Assembly: GCA_032718475.1 (NCBI GenBank)
Contig: JAUCBJ010002023.1
Coordinates: 1-57,275, forward strand
Source: Nemertoderma westbladi
Lineage: Eukaryota; Animalia; Xenacoelomorpha
Direction: 5' to 3'
Length of the DNA stretch: 57,275 nt
Under the pieces are notes generated by a model. That model was given only the letters and a program-made list of their open reading frames with translations. It was not told where the DNA came from and made no database searches. Of this stretch, positions 1-13,300 are shown one piece after another (within the stretch, counting starts at the first letter, position 1; each line of letters opens with the position of its first letter). Made by a program: the position numbers and the translations under genes.

Positions 1-296
1 TCCATCCTCCACCTTGCTGGGGAGCCAGAATTTTTATTTTTCCTTTGTTCTTTAGCTACAAGCGTTTAAAAAAGTAAATCCGTCGATATTGCACCAGGTA
101 CACCGCAGTTATTCTTCATCCTTATAGTGATTGGTACTAGTGGAAAGCTGGCTATTCAAGAATTCCAAATATGTAAAAATATTTGAATTTGGTTGTGAAA
201 TAGCTGAGATATGGGCATTCGAATGTTGCATGTATTTACTTGCGCTGCTGGCCATTTATTATATTTAATAAATACACAATGTTCTAGAACATTTTG
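1..296 (+). repeat. Dispersed repeat family A (runs off the window start), ending in the palindrome AATGTTCTAGAACATT
   Basis: Reverse complement aligns along its length with 55431-55705. A terminal fragment recurs at 2661-2705 and an internal part at ~57100-57215. Confidence 0.8.
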
Positions 297-316
297 TTTA
301 TGTGTGATGAATATCC

Positions 317-610
317 ATGTGGGGCGAGCCACGAAGTGAGTGAGCCTTAGCGTAGTGGTACCATTAATCAACCTGTCGTTCTGTCGTTCTGTCGTTCTGT
401 CGTGTTCAATTTTAAACGTTAATAACTCGGCCAATCTTTGATGAAATCTATCCAAACTTGGTACACATGTTGTTTGGCAAAAGTTTAGAAATTTTCCAAG
501 TAGAATTTCCGTGTGGCCTTCGAGAAGCTAAGATAATAGCAGTTAATTAGTTAATTAAGTTGATTACGGTGAAAACACCATTTTCAACCTGCCTTTTAAA
601 GGAAATTAAT
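317..610 (+). mobile_element. DINE-1/HINE-like (Helentron-associated) non-autonomous element fragment
   Basis: GGCGAGCCACGAAGTG hairpin head, short (CTGTCGTT)n microsatellite, then AATAACTCGGCCAATCTTTGATGAAA...AAACTTGGTACACATG. The body resembles 27085-27235 and the head recurs at 56776. Family assignment is from recalled architecture only. Confidence 0.45.
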
Positions 611-1812
611 TGTTTTACAGTATAAGATTTAAATAATTATAATTAAAAATTATACAGATGTAATCCACATACGCCATTCTATTATAGTTTTTAATTAGTT
701 CAAGTGATTTGCTTTAATAATTGTGTCTTTAATTGATCTAAAGTAATTAAAACGGCATAAAAAATTGATTCTCATTAAATACTGATCATTTATTGGCCAA
801 CTTGCAAGTTGGCTGGTACATAGATGGGGGATGTGTGTGTAAGGGAGCCAGTTGCTGGGAATGCCAGTGGAGGGGGGTTGTATGTAACTAGCCACACGGC
901 TGCCAGCTAGACCTAACGAGATTGAAACCTGCATTCCCTACCTCCTATTACACTATAGAGTCTGTGTTCTTTAGTCTCAGGTAATAGACAGATCTCATTT
1001 AATGATTGTCAGTCAATAAGATTACCACTGCAGAAGGCTTATATCCAAAATTGTTTATTTCTCAATATATTATGCTTATTATGATTATTATTATTATGCT
1101 TATTATTGATGGGATTTCTGTGTATTTTAATTGTCTAAGTTTTCAGAGGCATTAACAGTATATTAAATAAATTATTTGAATATCATTCATTACTGCATCG
1201 ACTTTATTTAGTACTGCGTAGATTATATTCCTGTAAACCACCTGGCTTCGCATATTGAACGTGCGATTGGAAATAAGTTTGTGCTACCTTTCGTGGGTGG
1301 TAGATGTCGCGGTTATGTATTGGTGGGTGGGAAGGGTTGGGGGCGGGGGGGGGGGGGGGGTGGGGTGGGGGTGCAGATTTAAAGGGCTGAACAGCACGTA
1401 CTGTCCCTCTTTTTTTGATTGATTGGCGGTGTGGTTAAATTTCTAAATTTTACTAATTTATAAAGTTAAATACTGATTTTGTGATACAGTCGCTCGATAT
1501 TAATTTGTATCTCATAACTGGGCCTCGTGCTGCGCGAAGGCCCCACGAACTTGTACTAGTTTCATATACTATTTCTGGAATTATTATAGGCCTATGTTTT
1601 ACCACTGAAGTGAATAACTGACCGGTATGTTTTTGCACTGCGCAGTAAGAAATCTTCGCCCTATTGAGCGTTAGTTTCCGGTACAGAACAACTCAGGATG
1701 CTTCATCATCACCTCTAGGCCTAAATAAAATACTCCAGCAGCCCTGTCAACTAATAATACTTCAATATTCCAGTGAACAGAGTCCATGGATTTCTAACTG
1801 ATTTCTACCACA

Positions 1813-2426
1813 ATGAAACTTCAAGTTATTTTTATTTTCTCTCAGTTACTGGATATCCTGATAGATCCAGTTAAGGCTGATGATGTTTTTACCAAAATAG
1901 TTCAGAATGACACGACCAGTTGGAATATTTATTGTATTGGATATACGCCATGGAATAACCCAACAGAGTCACGCTCAAAGTTGCTGTTTACTAAGAAGGG
2001 GAGTTCGGGAGAGGAGGAAGTGGTTGACGTAAAATATAATGTATTTCTCAAAGACTTGATATATACACCAAGCCTTCCGATTGGGTGTCTAAAGACCGCA
2101 AACCGTGGTGAAACCACTACTCCTCCGTTTGCTGCACCACCTGGCATGGAGAACAGAAGAGCGTTTTACATCAACTATGCGTTTAGTGGCTGCTCGGTTG
2201 AAGATGTTGGCGAATACTGTTGTAGACTTTACGATATCTATGCATCTAACGGAACATAATTATATTACATCGAAAAATGGATGTGTCACACCCCGTGATG
2301 AAATTGATTATTGGTGTTTCGGGTGAAATTGATGAATGTAGTAGTCATGACGACACGGCTTCGAAACCAAAAGAATACTCGATGATCGCGCTGATAACAA
2401 TAGCGACTATATTACCGATGATCTAA
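1813..2426 (+). pseudogene. Secreted/GPI-anchored Ig-like domain protein gene with two +1 frameshifts
   Basis: Signal-peptide-like N-terminus (MKLQVIFIFSQLL...VKA), B-strand Cys (WNIYC) and the Ig F-strand motif DVGEYC. Frame 1 stops at 2259. The text continues in frame 2 (NYITSKNGCVTPRDEIDYWCF) and then frame 3 (GEIDECSSHDDTASKPKEYSMIALITIATILPMI*, stop 2424-2426), ending in a hydrophobic tail. AATAAA at ~2578. Confidence 0.6.
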
Positions 2427-3461
2427 CGGATAACTCTCTCGAAATCTGAGACGAGATTTCAGATTATTCACAATCGTAACTTAACAGGTACAGGTTACAT
2501 TTACTTTAATTAGTCTCTATATATTAATTGCCGTAACATAACAAAATGCAACTTTCATATTGTTTAGTTCTTTAATGAATAAATCAACAGATACTTGAAT
2601 AAATTTGACTTGAATTATCATGTAGGCATTGCATCGTTGCCAAGCTACTTATGAGATAAACAAAATGTTCTAGAACATTGTGTATTTATTAAATGTAATA
2701 AGTGGACAGTTACAAATTGCCTAAGATCCCTCCATACAGCTAAAATACGCATGAGTATGACAACACTGTAGCTTATACGCCCGTACGCATACTGATTTAT
2801 TTGCATGTGATACACACATTGGGTATAGGAATAGGGCTATGATTATGTATACGACGGGATCAGACGAATACCATCGCGTGGAATAAGTGCCCCTACTCGG
2901 CTACAGAGAGTATACCCTAACTGGCTGCTCCATATGCGCATGCAGTAGCCCATCTCTCTTTACAAACCAAGCCAAGACAACCAAGCCTCACTTCCCTCTT
3001 CACAACTGTGTTTATTAGCCTATGAGACAGCGCAGTGGCGGTACGGCTAATGTTGCGGTACGGAAAGTCGCGGTACGACTACCCAAAAAGTCGCGTTACG
3101 GCAAATTGTCGCGTAACGGCTAATCTATTGTCTTAGTTTTACATAGGGAATCATTATCAATATTATTCTATGGTGTTTACGTACAGATTAGAAAGGTTCG
3201 TAAAATATAATGTAATAATGTTTTACAGCATGGGAGTATCTGGGGGGGGGGGGGGGGGGGGGGGGATTTTAACTAAAAACACTACATTTATTAATTACTG
3301 TATTATTATTGCTGTATTGAGTACCACAGTACACAGTACCATAGGTATCTTGGTCGAAAATCAGTATTTTGCCGAAATAATGCACTTTGAATTTATCATT
3401 ATATTAATCAAATCAAAAATTAAATATCTAAAACAAACTAAAGCTCTTGAATAAACCAGCA

Positions 3462-3655
3462 TGGTTCGGCCGCGAAGGGGTGGTTCGGGGGTGGGGTGGG
3501 TCGCCGAAGGGATGGTTCGGGGCTAGGTTGGGAAGAAATGGTTCGGCCGCGAAGGGGTTGTTCGGGGGTGGGTTGGGAAAAAATGGTTCGGCCGCGAAGG
3601 GGTTGTTCGGGGGTGGGTTGGGAAAAAATGGTTCGGCTGCGAAGGGGTGGTTCAC
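3462..3655. repeat. GC-rich ~45-bp tandem repeat (about 4 units)
   Basis: Unit ATGGTTCGGCCGCGAAGGGGTTGTTCGGGGGTGGGTTGGGAAAAA, probably the subterminal array of a non-autonomous DNA transposon. Confidence 0.75.
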
Positions 3656-4064
3656 TACACCAACATGCCATTCGGGATCACCAACCCCTCCCAATGCAGC
3701 TGGACTTTCAACTAGGTGATCGGCGGTTGGAAGGACGGCCATTGCCTGCTTGTCAATCCCCAAACAGAATGCAATATGGTCTAGGTAGCGAGCCAGGCGT
3801 TGGATTAACATCGATATGAAGTAGTGGAATATATTCCACAAAACCATTCATTGCTTCTTTGGCTGCTATTACAGTATTGACTGTAATCGGTATCTTCCAC
3901 CAAATGTGTCAATTTTCCCTACATTGAGGGAGCGTGAGGACGCTTTTTCGAAAATACGAATTATTGGTTTAATTAAAAAAAGTTCAAGGATTGAGATTCT
4001 CAAACTCTCACATAATGATAACAATAATTAGAAGACCGTCCCAATATTTTAACCACGCTATATA

Positions 4065-4257
4065 CCCTATAAGCATCAACACGTCAAAAACACGTGGATA
4101 CGACGTAATTATTTGACGTCAACGTGTTGAAAATAACGTCTTGGCCACGTGTATTTTGGAAGTGTCAAACACGTGTTTGAGCACGTCAAACCATGACGTG
4201 CTACAGTTTACGTCAAATGACTTGTTAGACACGTGTCAATTACGTCATCAGACGTAA
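4065..4257 (+). mobile_element. Truncated left end of a CCC-terminal (CMC/EnSpm-like) element with ACGT-rich subterminal repeats
   Basis: Starts TA|CCCTATAAGCA, followed by many CACGTG/GACGTC/ACGTCA motifs. No matching right end found. Confidence 0.4.
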
Positions 4258-4300
4258 TACTGTCATACTGTAGTCAGTCAGTAGGTATAAGTGCATACTG

Positions 4301-7300
4301 TAGTAATCTCAATATTTTAACCACTCATACTATAGATAGTAATCTCAACCCAATATTTGAACCACTCATGTTATAGATAGTAATCTCAATATTTTAACCA
4401 CACCTGCTATAGATAGTAATTTCAATATTTTAACCACTCTGTAATGCTATAGATAGTAATCTCAATATTTTAACCACACCTGCTATAGATAGTAATCTCA
4501 ATATTTTAACCACAGCTGCTATAGATAGTAATCTCCATATTTTAACCACACCTGCTATATGTAGTAATCTCAATATTTTAATATATGTAGTAATCTCAAT
4601 ATTTTAACCACACCTGCTATAGATAGTATTCTCAATATTTTAACCACTCGGTAATGCTATAGATAGTAATCTCAATATTTTAACCACTCGGTAATGCTAT
4701 AGATAGTATACCAATATTTTAACCACTCGGTAATTGTATAGATAGTAATCTCAATATTTTAACCACTCATGTTATAGATAGTAATCTCAATATTTTAACC
4801 ACTCATGCTATAGGTAGTAATCTCAATATTTTAACCACACTTGTTATAGATAGTAATCTCAATATTTTAACCACTCATGCAATAGATAGTAATCTCAATA
4901 TTTTAACCACACGTGCTATAGATAGTAATCTCAATATTTTAACCACACGTGCTATAGATAGTAATCTCAATATTTTAACCACTTATGCTATAGGTAGTAA
5001 TCTCAATATTTTAACCACACTTGTCATAGGTAGTAATCTCAATATTTTAACCACACTTGCTATAGAAAGTAATCTCAATATTTTAACCACTCATGCTATA
5101 TATAGTAATCTCAATATTTTAACCACACCTGCTATAGATAGTATTCTCAATATTTTAACCACTCGGTAATGCTATAGATAGTAATCTCAATATTTTAACC
5201 ACTCGGTAATGCTATAGATAGTATACCAATATTTTAACCACTCGGTAATTGTATAGATAGTAATCTCAATATTTTAACCACTCATGTTATAGATAGTAAT
5301 CTCAATATTTTAACCACACCTGCTATAGATAGTAATCTCAATATTTTAACCACTCGGGAATGCTATAGATACTGAAGTAATCTCAATATTTTAACCACTC
5401 ATGCTATAGATAGTAATCTCAATATTTTAGCCACTTATGCTATAGATAGTAATCTCAATATTTTAGCCACTTATGCTATAGATAGTAATCTCAATATTTT
5501 ATCTACACTTGCTATAGATAGTAATCTCAATATTTTAACCACACCTGCTATAGATAGTAATCTCAATATTTTAACCACACCTGCTATAGATAGTAATCTC
5601 AATATTTTAACCACACGTGCTATAGATAGTAATCTCAATATTTTAACCACACTTGCTATAGATAGTAATCTCAATATTTTAACCACTCGGGAATGCTATA
5701 GATACTGAAGTAATCTCAATATTTTAACCACTCATGCTATAGATAGTAATCTCAATATTTTAGCCACTTATGCTATAGATAGTAATCTCAATATTTTATC
5801 TACACTTGCTATAGATAGTAATCTCAATATTTTAACCACACCTGCTATAGATAGTAATCTCAATATTTTAACCACACGTGCTATAGATAGTAATCTCAAT
5901 ATTTTAACCACACTTGCTATAGAAAGTAATCTCAATATTTTAACCACTCATGCTATATATAGTAATCTCAATATTTTAACCACACCTGCTATAGATAGTA
6001 ATCTCAATATTTTAACCACTAGGTAATGCTATAGATAGTAATCTCAATATTTTAACCACTAGGTAATGCTATAGATAGTAATCTCAATATTTTAACCACA
6101 CGTGCTATAGATAGTAATCTCAATGTTTTAACCACACGTGCTATAGATAGTAATCTTAATATTTTAACCACTCATGCTATAGGTAGTAATCTCAATATTT
6201 TAACCACACCTGCTATAGATAGTAATCTTAATATTTTAACCACTCATGCTATATATAGTAATCTCAATATTTTAACCACACCTGCTATATGTAGTAATCT
6301 CAATATTTTAATATATGTAGTAATCTCAATATTTTAACCACACCTGCTATAGATAGTATTCTCAGTATTTTAACCACTCGGTAATGCTATAGATAGTAAT
6401 CTCAATATTTTAACCACTCGGTAATGCTATAGATAGTAATCCCAATATTTTAACCACTCGGTAATTCTATAGATAGTAATCTCAATATTTTAACCACTCA
6501 TGCTATAGGTAGTAATCTCAATATTTTAACCACACGTGCTATAGATAGTAATTTCAATATATTAACCACTCGGTAATTCTATAGATAGTAATCTCAATAT
6601 TTAAACCACTCATGGTATAGGTAGTAATCTCAATATTTTAACCACACGAGCTATAGATAGTAATCTCAATATTTTAACCACTTATGCTATAGGTAGTAAT
6701 CTCAATATTTTAACCACACTTGTTATAGGTAGTAATCTCAATATTTTAACCACACTTGCTATAGATAGTAATCTCAATATTTTAATCACTCATGCTATAG
6801 GTAGTAATCTCAATATTTTAACCATACTTGCTATAGATAGTAATCTCAATATTTTAACCACTCATGCTATATATAGTAATCTCAATATTTTAACCACTCA
6901 TGCTATAGGTAGTAATCTCAATATTTTAACCACTCATGCTATAGGTAGTAATCTCAATATTTTAACTACACTTGCTATAGGTAGTAATCTCAATATTTAA
7001 ACCACACTTGCTATAGATAGTAATCTTAATATTTTAACCACTCATGCTATAGGTAGTAATCTCAATATTTTAACCACACGTGCTATAGATAGTAATCTCA
7101 ATATTTTAACCACTCATGCTATAGGTAGTAATCTCAATATTTTAACTACACTTGCTATAGGTAGTAATCTCAATATTTAAACCACACTTGCTATAGATAG
7201 TAATCTCAATATTTTAACCACTCATGCTATAGATAGTAATCTTAATATTTTAACCACTCATGCTATAGGTAGTAATCTCAATATTTTAACCATACTTGCT

Positions 7301-10300
7301 ATAGATAGTAATCTCAATATTTTAACCACTCATGCTATATATAGTAATCTCAATATTTTAACCACACCTGCTATAGATAGTAATCTCAATATTTTAACCA
7401 CTCGGTAATGCTATAGATAGTAATCTCAATATTTTAACCACACGTGCTATAGATAGTAATCTCAATATTTTAACCACTCATGCTATAGGTAGTAATCTCA
7501 ATATTTTAACCACACCTGCTATAGATAGTAATCTTAATATTTTAACCACTCATGCTATATATAGTAATCTCAATATTTTAACCACACCTGCTATAGATAG
7601 TAATCTCAATATTTTAACCACACCTGTTATAGATAGTAATCTCAATATTTTAACCACTCGGTAATGCTATAGATAGTAATCTCAATATTTTAACGACACG
7701 TGCTATAGATAGTAATCTCAATATTTTAACCACTCATACTATAGGTAGTAATCTCAATATTTTAACTACACTTGCTAAAGGTAGTAATCTCAACATTTTA
7801 ACCACTCATGCTATAGGTAGTAATCTCAATATTTTAACCACATCTGCTATAGATAGTAATTTGAATATTTTAACCACTCGGTAATGCTATAGATAGTAAT
7901 CTCAATATTTTAACCACACCTGCTATAGATAGTAATTTGAATATTTTAACCACTCGGTAATGCTATAGATAGTAATCTCAATATTTTAACCACTTATGCT
8001 ATATATAGTAATATCAATATTTTAACCACTCATGCTATAGGTAGTAATCTCAATATTTTAACCACTCGGTAATGCTATAGATAGTAATCTCAATATTTTA
8101 ACCACACTTGCTATAGATAGTAATCTCAAAATTTTAACCAAACGTGCTATAGATAGTAATCTCAATATTTTAACCACTCATGCTATAGGTAGTAATCTCA
8201 ATATTTTAACCACTCAGGCTATACGTAGTAATCAAAATATTTTAACCACTCGGTAATGCTTTAGATAGTAATCTCAATATTTTAACCACACGTGCTATAG
8301 ATAGTAATCTCAAAATTTTAACCAAACGTGCTATAGATAGTAATCTCAATATTTTAACCACTCATGCTATAGGTAGTAATCTCAATAATTTAACCACTCA
8401 TGCTATAGATAGTAATCTCAAAATTTTAACCACACTTGCTATAGATAGTAATCTCAATATTTTAACCACTCGGGAATGCTATAGATACTGAAGTAATCTC
8501 AATATGTTAACCACTTATGCTATATATAGTAATCTCATTATTTTAACCACTCATGCAATATATAGTAATCTCAATATTTTAACCACACTTGTTATAGATA
8601 GTAATCTCAATATTTCAACCACTTATGCTATATATAGTAATCTCAATATTTTAACCACTCATGCAATAGATAGTAATCTCAATATTTTAACCACACTTGC
8701 TATAGATAGTAATCTCAATATTTTAACCACTCGGGAATGCTATAGATACTGAAGTAATCTCAATATTTTAACCACTCATGCTATATATAGTAATCTCAAT
8801 ATTTTAACCACTCATGCAATAGATAGCAATCTCAATATTTTAACCACACTTGCTATAGATAGTAATCTCAATATTTTAACCACTCGGGAATGCTATAGAT
8901 ACTGAAGTAATCTCAATATTTTAACCACTCATGCTATATATAGTAATCTCAATATTTCAACCACTTATGCTATATATAGTAATCTAAATATTTTAACTAC
9001 TCGGTAATGCTATAGATAGTAATCTCAATATTTTAACCACTCGGGAATGCTATAGATACTGAAGTAATCTCAATATTTGAACCACTTATGCTATATATAG
9101 TAATCTCAATATTTTAACCACTCATGCAATAGATAGTAATCTCAATATTTTAACCACACTTGCTATAGATAGTAATCTCAATATTTTAACCAGTCGGGAA
9201 TGCTATAGATACTGAAGTAATCTCAATATTTTAACCACTCATGCTATATATAGTAATCTCAATATTTCAACCACTTATGCTATATATAGTAATCTCAATA
9301 TTTTAACCACTCATGCTATATATAGTAATCTCAATATTTTAACCACTCATGCAATAGATAGTAATCTCAATATTTTAACCACACTTGCTATAGATAGTAA
9401 TCTCAATATTTTAACCACTCGGGAATGCTATAGATACTGAAGTAATCTAAATATTTCAACCACTTATGCTATATATAGTAATCTCAATATTTTAACCACT
9501 CATGCAATAGATAGTAATCTCAATATTTTAACCACACTTGCTATAGATAGTAATCTCAATATTTTAACCACTCATGCAATAGATAGTAATCTCAATATTT
9601 TAACCACACTTGCTATAGATAGTAATCTCAATATTTTAACCACTCGGGAATGCTATAGATACTGAAGTAATCTCAATATTTCAACCACTTATGCTATATA
9701 TAGCAATCTCAATATTTTAACCACACATGCTATAGATAGTAATCTCAATATTTTAACCACTCATGCTATATATAGTAATCTCAATATTATAACCACACAT
9801 GCAATAGATAGTAATCTCAATATTTTAACCACACTTGCTATAGATAGTAATCTCAATATTTTAACCACACTTGCTATAGATAGTAATCTCAATATGTTAA
9901 CCACACTTGCTATAGATAGTAATCTCAATATTTTAACCACTTATGCTATAGATAGTAATCTCAATATTTTAACCACTCGGGAATGCTATAGATACTGAAG
10001 TAATCTCAATATTTTAACCACTTATGCTATATATAGTAATCTCAATATTTTAACCACTCATAATGCAATAGATAGTAATCTCAATATTTTAACCACACTT
10101 GCTATAGATAGTAATCTCAATATTTTAACCACACTTGCTATAGATAGTAATCTCAATATTATAACCACACATGCAATAGATAGTAATCTCAATATTTTAA
10201 CCACACTTGCTATAGATAGTAATCTCAATATTTTAACCACTCGGGAATGCTATAGATACTGAAGTAATCTCAATATTTTAACCAAACGTGCTATAGATAG

Positions 10301-13300
10301 TAATCTCAATATTTTAACCACTCATGCTATAGGTAGTAATCTCAATATTTTAACCACTCATGCAATAGATAGTAATCTCAATATTTTAACCACACTTGCT
10401 ATAAATAGTAATCTCAATATTTTAACCACTCGGGAATGCTATAGATACTGAGGTAATCTCAATATTTTAACCACTCATGCTATATATAGTAATCTCAATA
10501 TTTCAACCACTTATGCTATATATAGTAATCTCAATATTTTAACTACTCGGTAATGCTATAGATAGTAATCTCAATATTTTAACCACTCGGGAATGCTATA
10601 GATACTGAAGTAATCTCAATATTTTAACCACTTATGCTATATATAGTAATCTCAATATTTTAACCACTCATGCAATAGATAGTAATCTCAATATTTTAAC
10701 CACACTTGTTATAGATAGTAATCTCAATATTTCAACCACTTATGCTATATATAGTAATCTCAATATTTTAACTACTCGGTAATGCTATAGATAGTAATCT
10801 CAATATTTTAACCACTCGGGAATGCTACAGATACTGAAGTAATCTCAATATTTTAACCACTTATGCTATAGATAGTAATCTCAATATTTTAACCACTCGG
10901 GAATGCTATAGATACTGAAGTAATCTCAATATTTGAACCACTTATGCTATATATAGTAATCTCAATATTTTAACCACTCATAATGCAATAGATAGTAATC
11001 TCAATATTTTAACCACACTTGCTATAGATAGTAATCTCAATATTTTCACCACACTTGCTATAGATAGTAATCTCAATATTTTAACCACACTTGCTATAGA
11101 TAGTAATCTCAATATTTTAACCACTTATGCTATAGATAGTAATCTCAATATTTTAACCACTCGGGAATGCTATAGATACTGAAGTAATCTCAATATTTTA
11201 ACCACTTATGCTATATATAGTAATCTCAATATTTTAACCACTCATAATGCAATAGATAGTAATCTCAATATTTTAACCACACTTGCTATAGATAGTAATC
11301 TCAATATTTTAACCACACCTGCTATAGATAGTAATCTCAATATTTTAACCACTTATGCTATAGATAGTAATCTCAATATTTTAACCACTCGGGAATGCTA
11401 TAGATACTGAAGTAATCTCAATATTTTAACCACTTATGCTCTAGATAGTAAACTCAATATTTTAACCACTCGGGAATGCTATAGATACTGAAGTAATCTC
11501 AATATTTTAACCACTTATGCTATATATAGTAATCTCAATATTTTAACCACTCATAATGCAATAGATAGTAATCTCAATATTTTAACCACACTTGCTATAG
11601 ATAGTAATCTCAATATTTTAACCACACTTGCTATAGATAGTAATCTCAATATTTTAACCACACTTGCTATAGATAGTAATCTCAATATTTTAACCACTTA
11701 TGCTATAGATAGTAATCTCAATATTTTAACCACTCGGGAATGCTATAGATACTGAAGTAATCTCAATATTTTAACCATTTATGCTATATATAGTAATCTC
11801 AATATTTTAACCACTCATAATGCAATAGATAGTAATCTCAATATTTTAACCACACTTGCTATAGATAGTAATCTCAATATTTTAACCACACCTGCTATAG
11901 ATAGTAATCTTAATATTTTAACCACTCATGCTATAGATAGTAATCTCAATATTTTAACCACACTTGTTATAGATAGTAATCTCAATATTTCAACCACTTA
12001 TGCTATATATAGTAATCTCAATATTTTAACTACTCGGGAATGCTATAGATACTGAAGTAATCTCAATATTTTAACCACTTATGCTATATATAGTAATTTC
12101 AATATTTTAACCACTCATGCTATAAGTAGTAATCTCAATATTTTAACCACAATTGCTATAGATAGTAATCTCAATATTTTAACCACACCTGCTATAGATA
12201 GTAATCTTAATATTTTAACCACTCGGGAATGCTATAGATAGTAATCTCAATATTTTAACCACTCATAATGCAATAGATAGTAATCTCAATATTTTAACCA
12301 CACTTGCTATAGATAGTAATCTCAATATTTTAACCACACCTGCTATAGATAGTAATCTTAATATTTTAACCACTCGGGAATGCTATAGATAGTAATCTCA
12401 ATATTTTAACCACTTATGCTATAGATAGTAATCTCAATATTTTAACCACTCGGGAATGCTATAGATACTGAAGTAATCTCAATATTTTAACCACTTATGC
12501 TATATATAGTAATCTCAATATGTTAACCACTCATAATGCAATAGATAGTAATCTCAATATTTTAACCACACTTGCTATAGATAGTAATCTTAATATTTTA
12601 ACCACTCGGGAATGCTATAGATAGTAATCTCAATATTTTAACAACTCATAATGCAATAGATAGTAATCTCAATATTTTAACCACACTTGCTATAGATAGT
12701 AATCTCAATATTTTAACCACACCTGCTATAGATAGTAATCTCAATATTTCAACCACACTTGCTATAGAAAGTAATCTCAATATTTTAACCACTTATGCTA
12801 TAGATAGTAATCTCAATATTTTAACCACTCGGGAATGCTATAGATACTGAAGTAATCTCAATATTTTAACCACTTATGCTAAGTAATTTCAATATTTTAA
12901 CCACTCATGCTATAAGTAGTAATCTCAATATTTTAACCACACTTTCTATAGATAGTAATCTCAATATTTTAACCACACCTGCTATAGATAGTAATCTTAA
13001 TATTTTAACCACTTGGGAATGCTATAGATAGAATCTCAATATTTTAACCACTCATAATGCAATAGATAGTAATCTCAATATTTTAACCACACTTGCTATA
13101 GATAGTAATCTCAATATTTTAACCACACCTGCTATAGATAGTAATCTTAATATTTTAACCACTCGGGAATGCTATAGATAGTAATCTCAATATTTTAACC
13201 ACTTATGCTATAGATAGTAATCTCAATATTTTAACCACTCGGGAATGCTATAGATACTGAAGTAATCTCAATATTTTAACCACTTATGCTATATATAGTA

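Noticed and set aside
695-934. 79-aa minus-strand ORF with a possible splice acceptor
   Set aside because: No recognisable domain and no partner exon identified.
3428-3945. ORFs of 77-139 aa and a coding-like stretch
   Set aside because: Driven by the 45-bp GC repeat. The unique part has stops and no motif I recognise.
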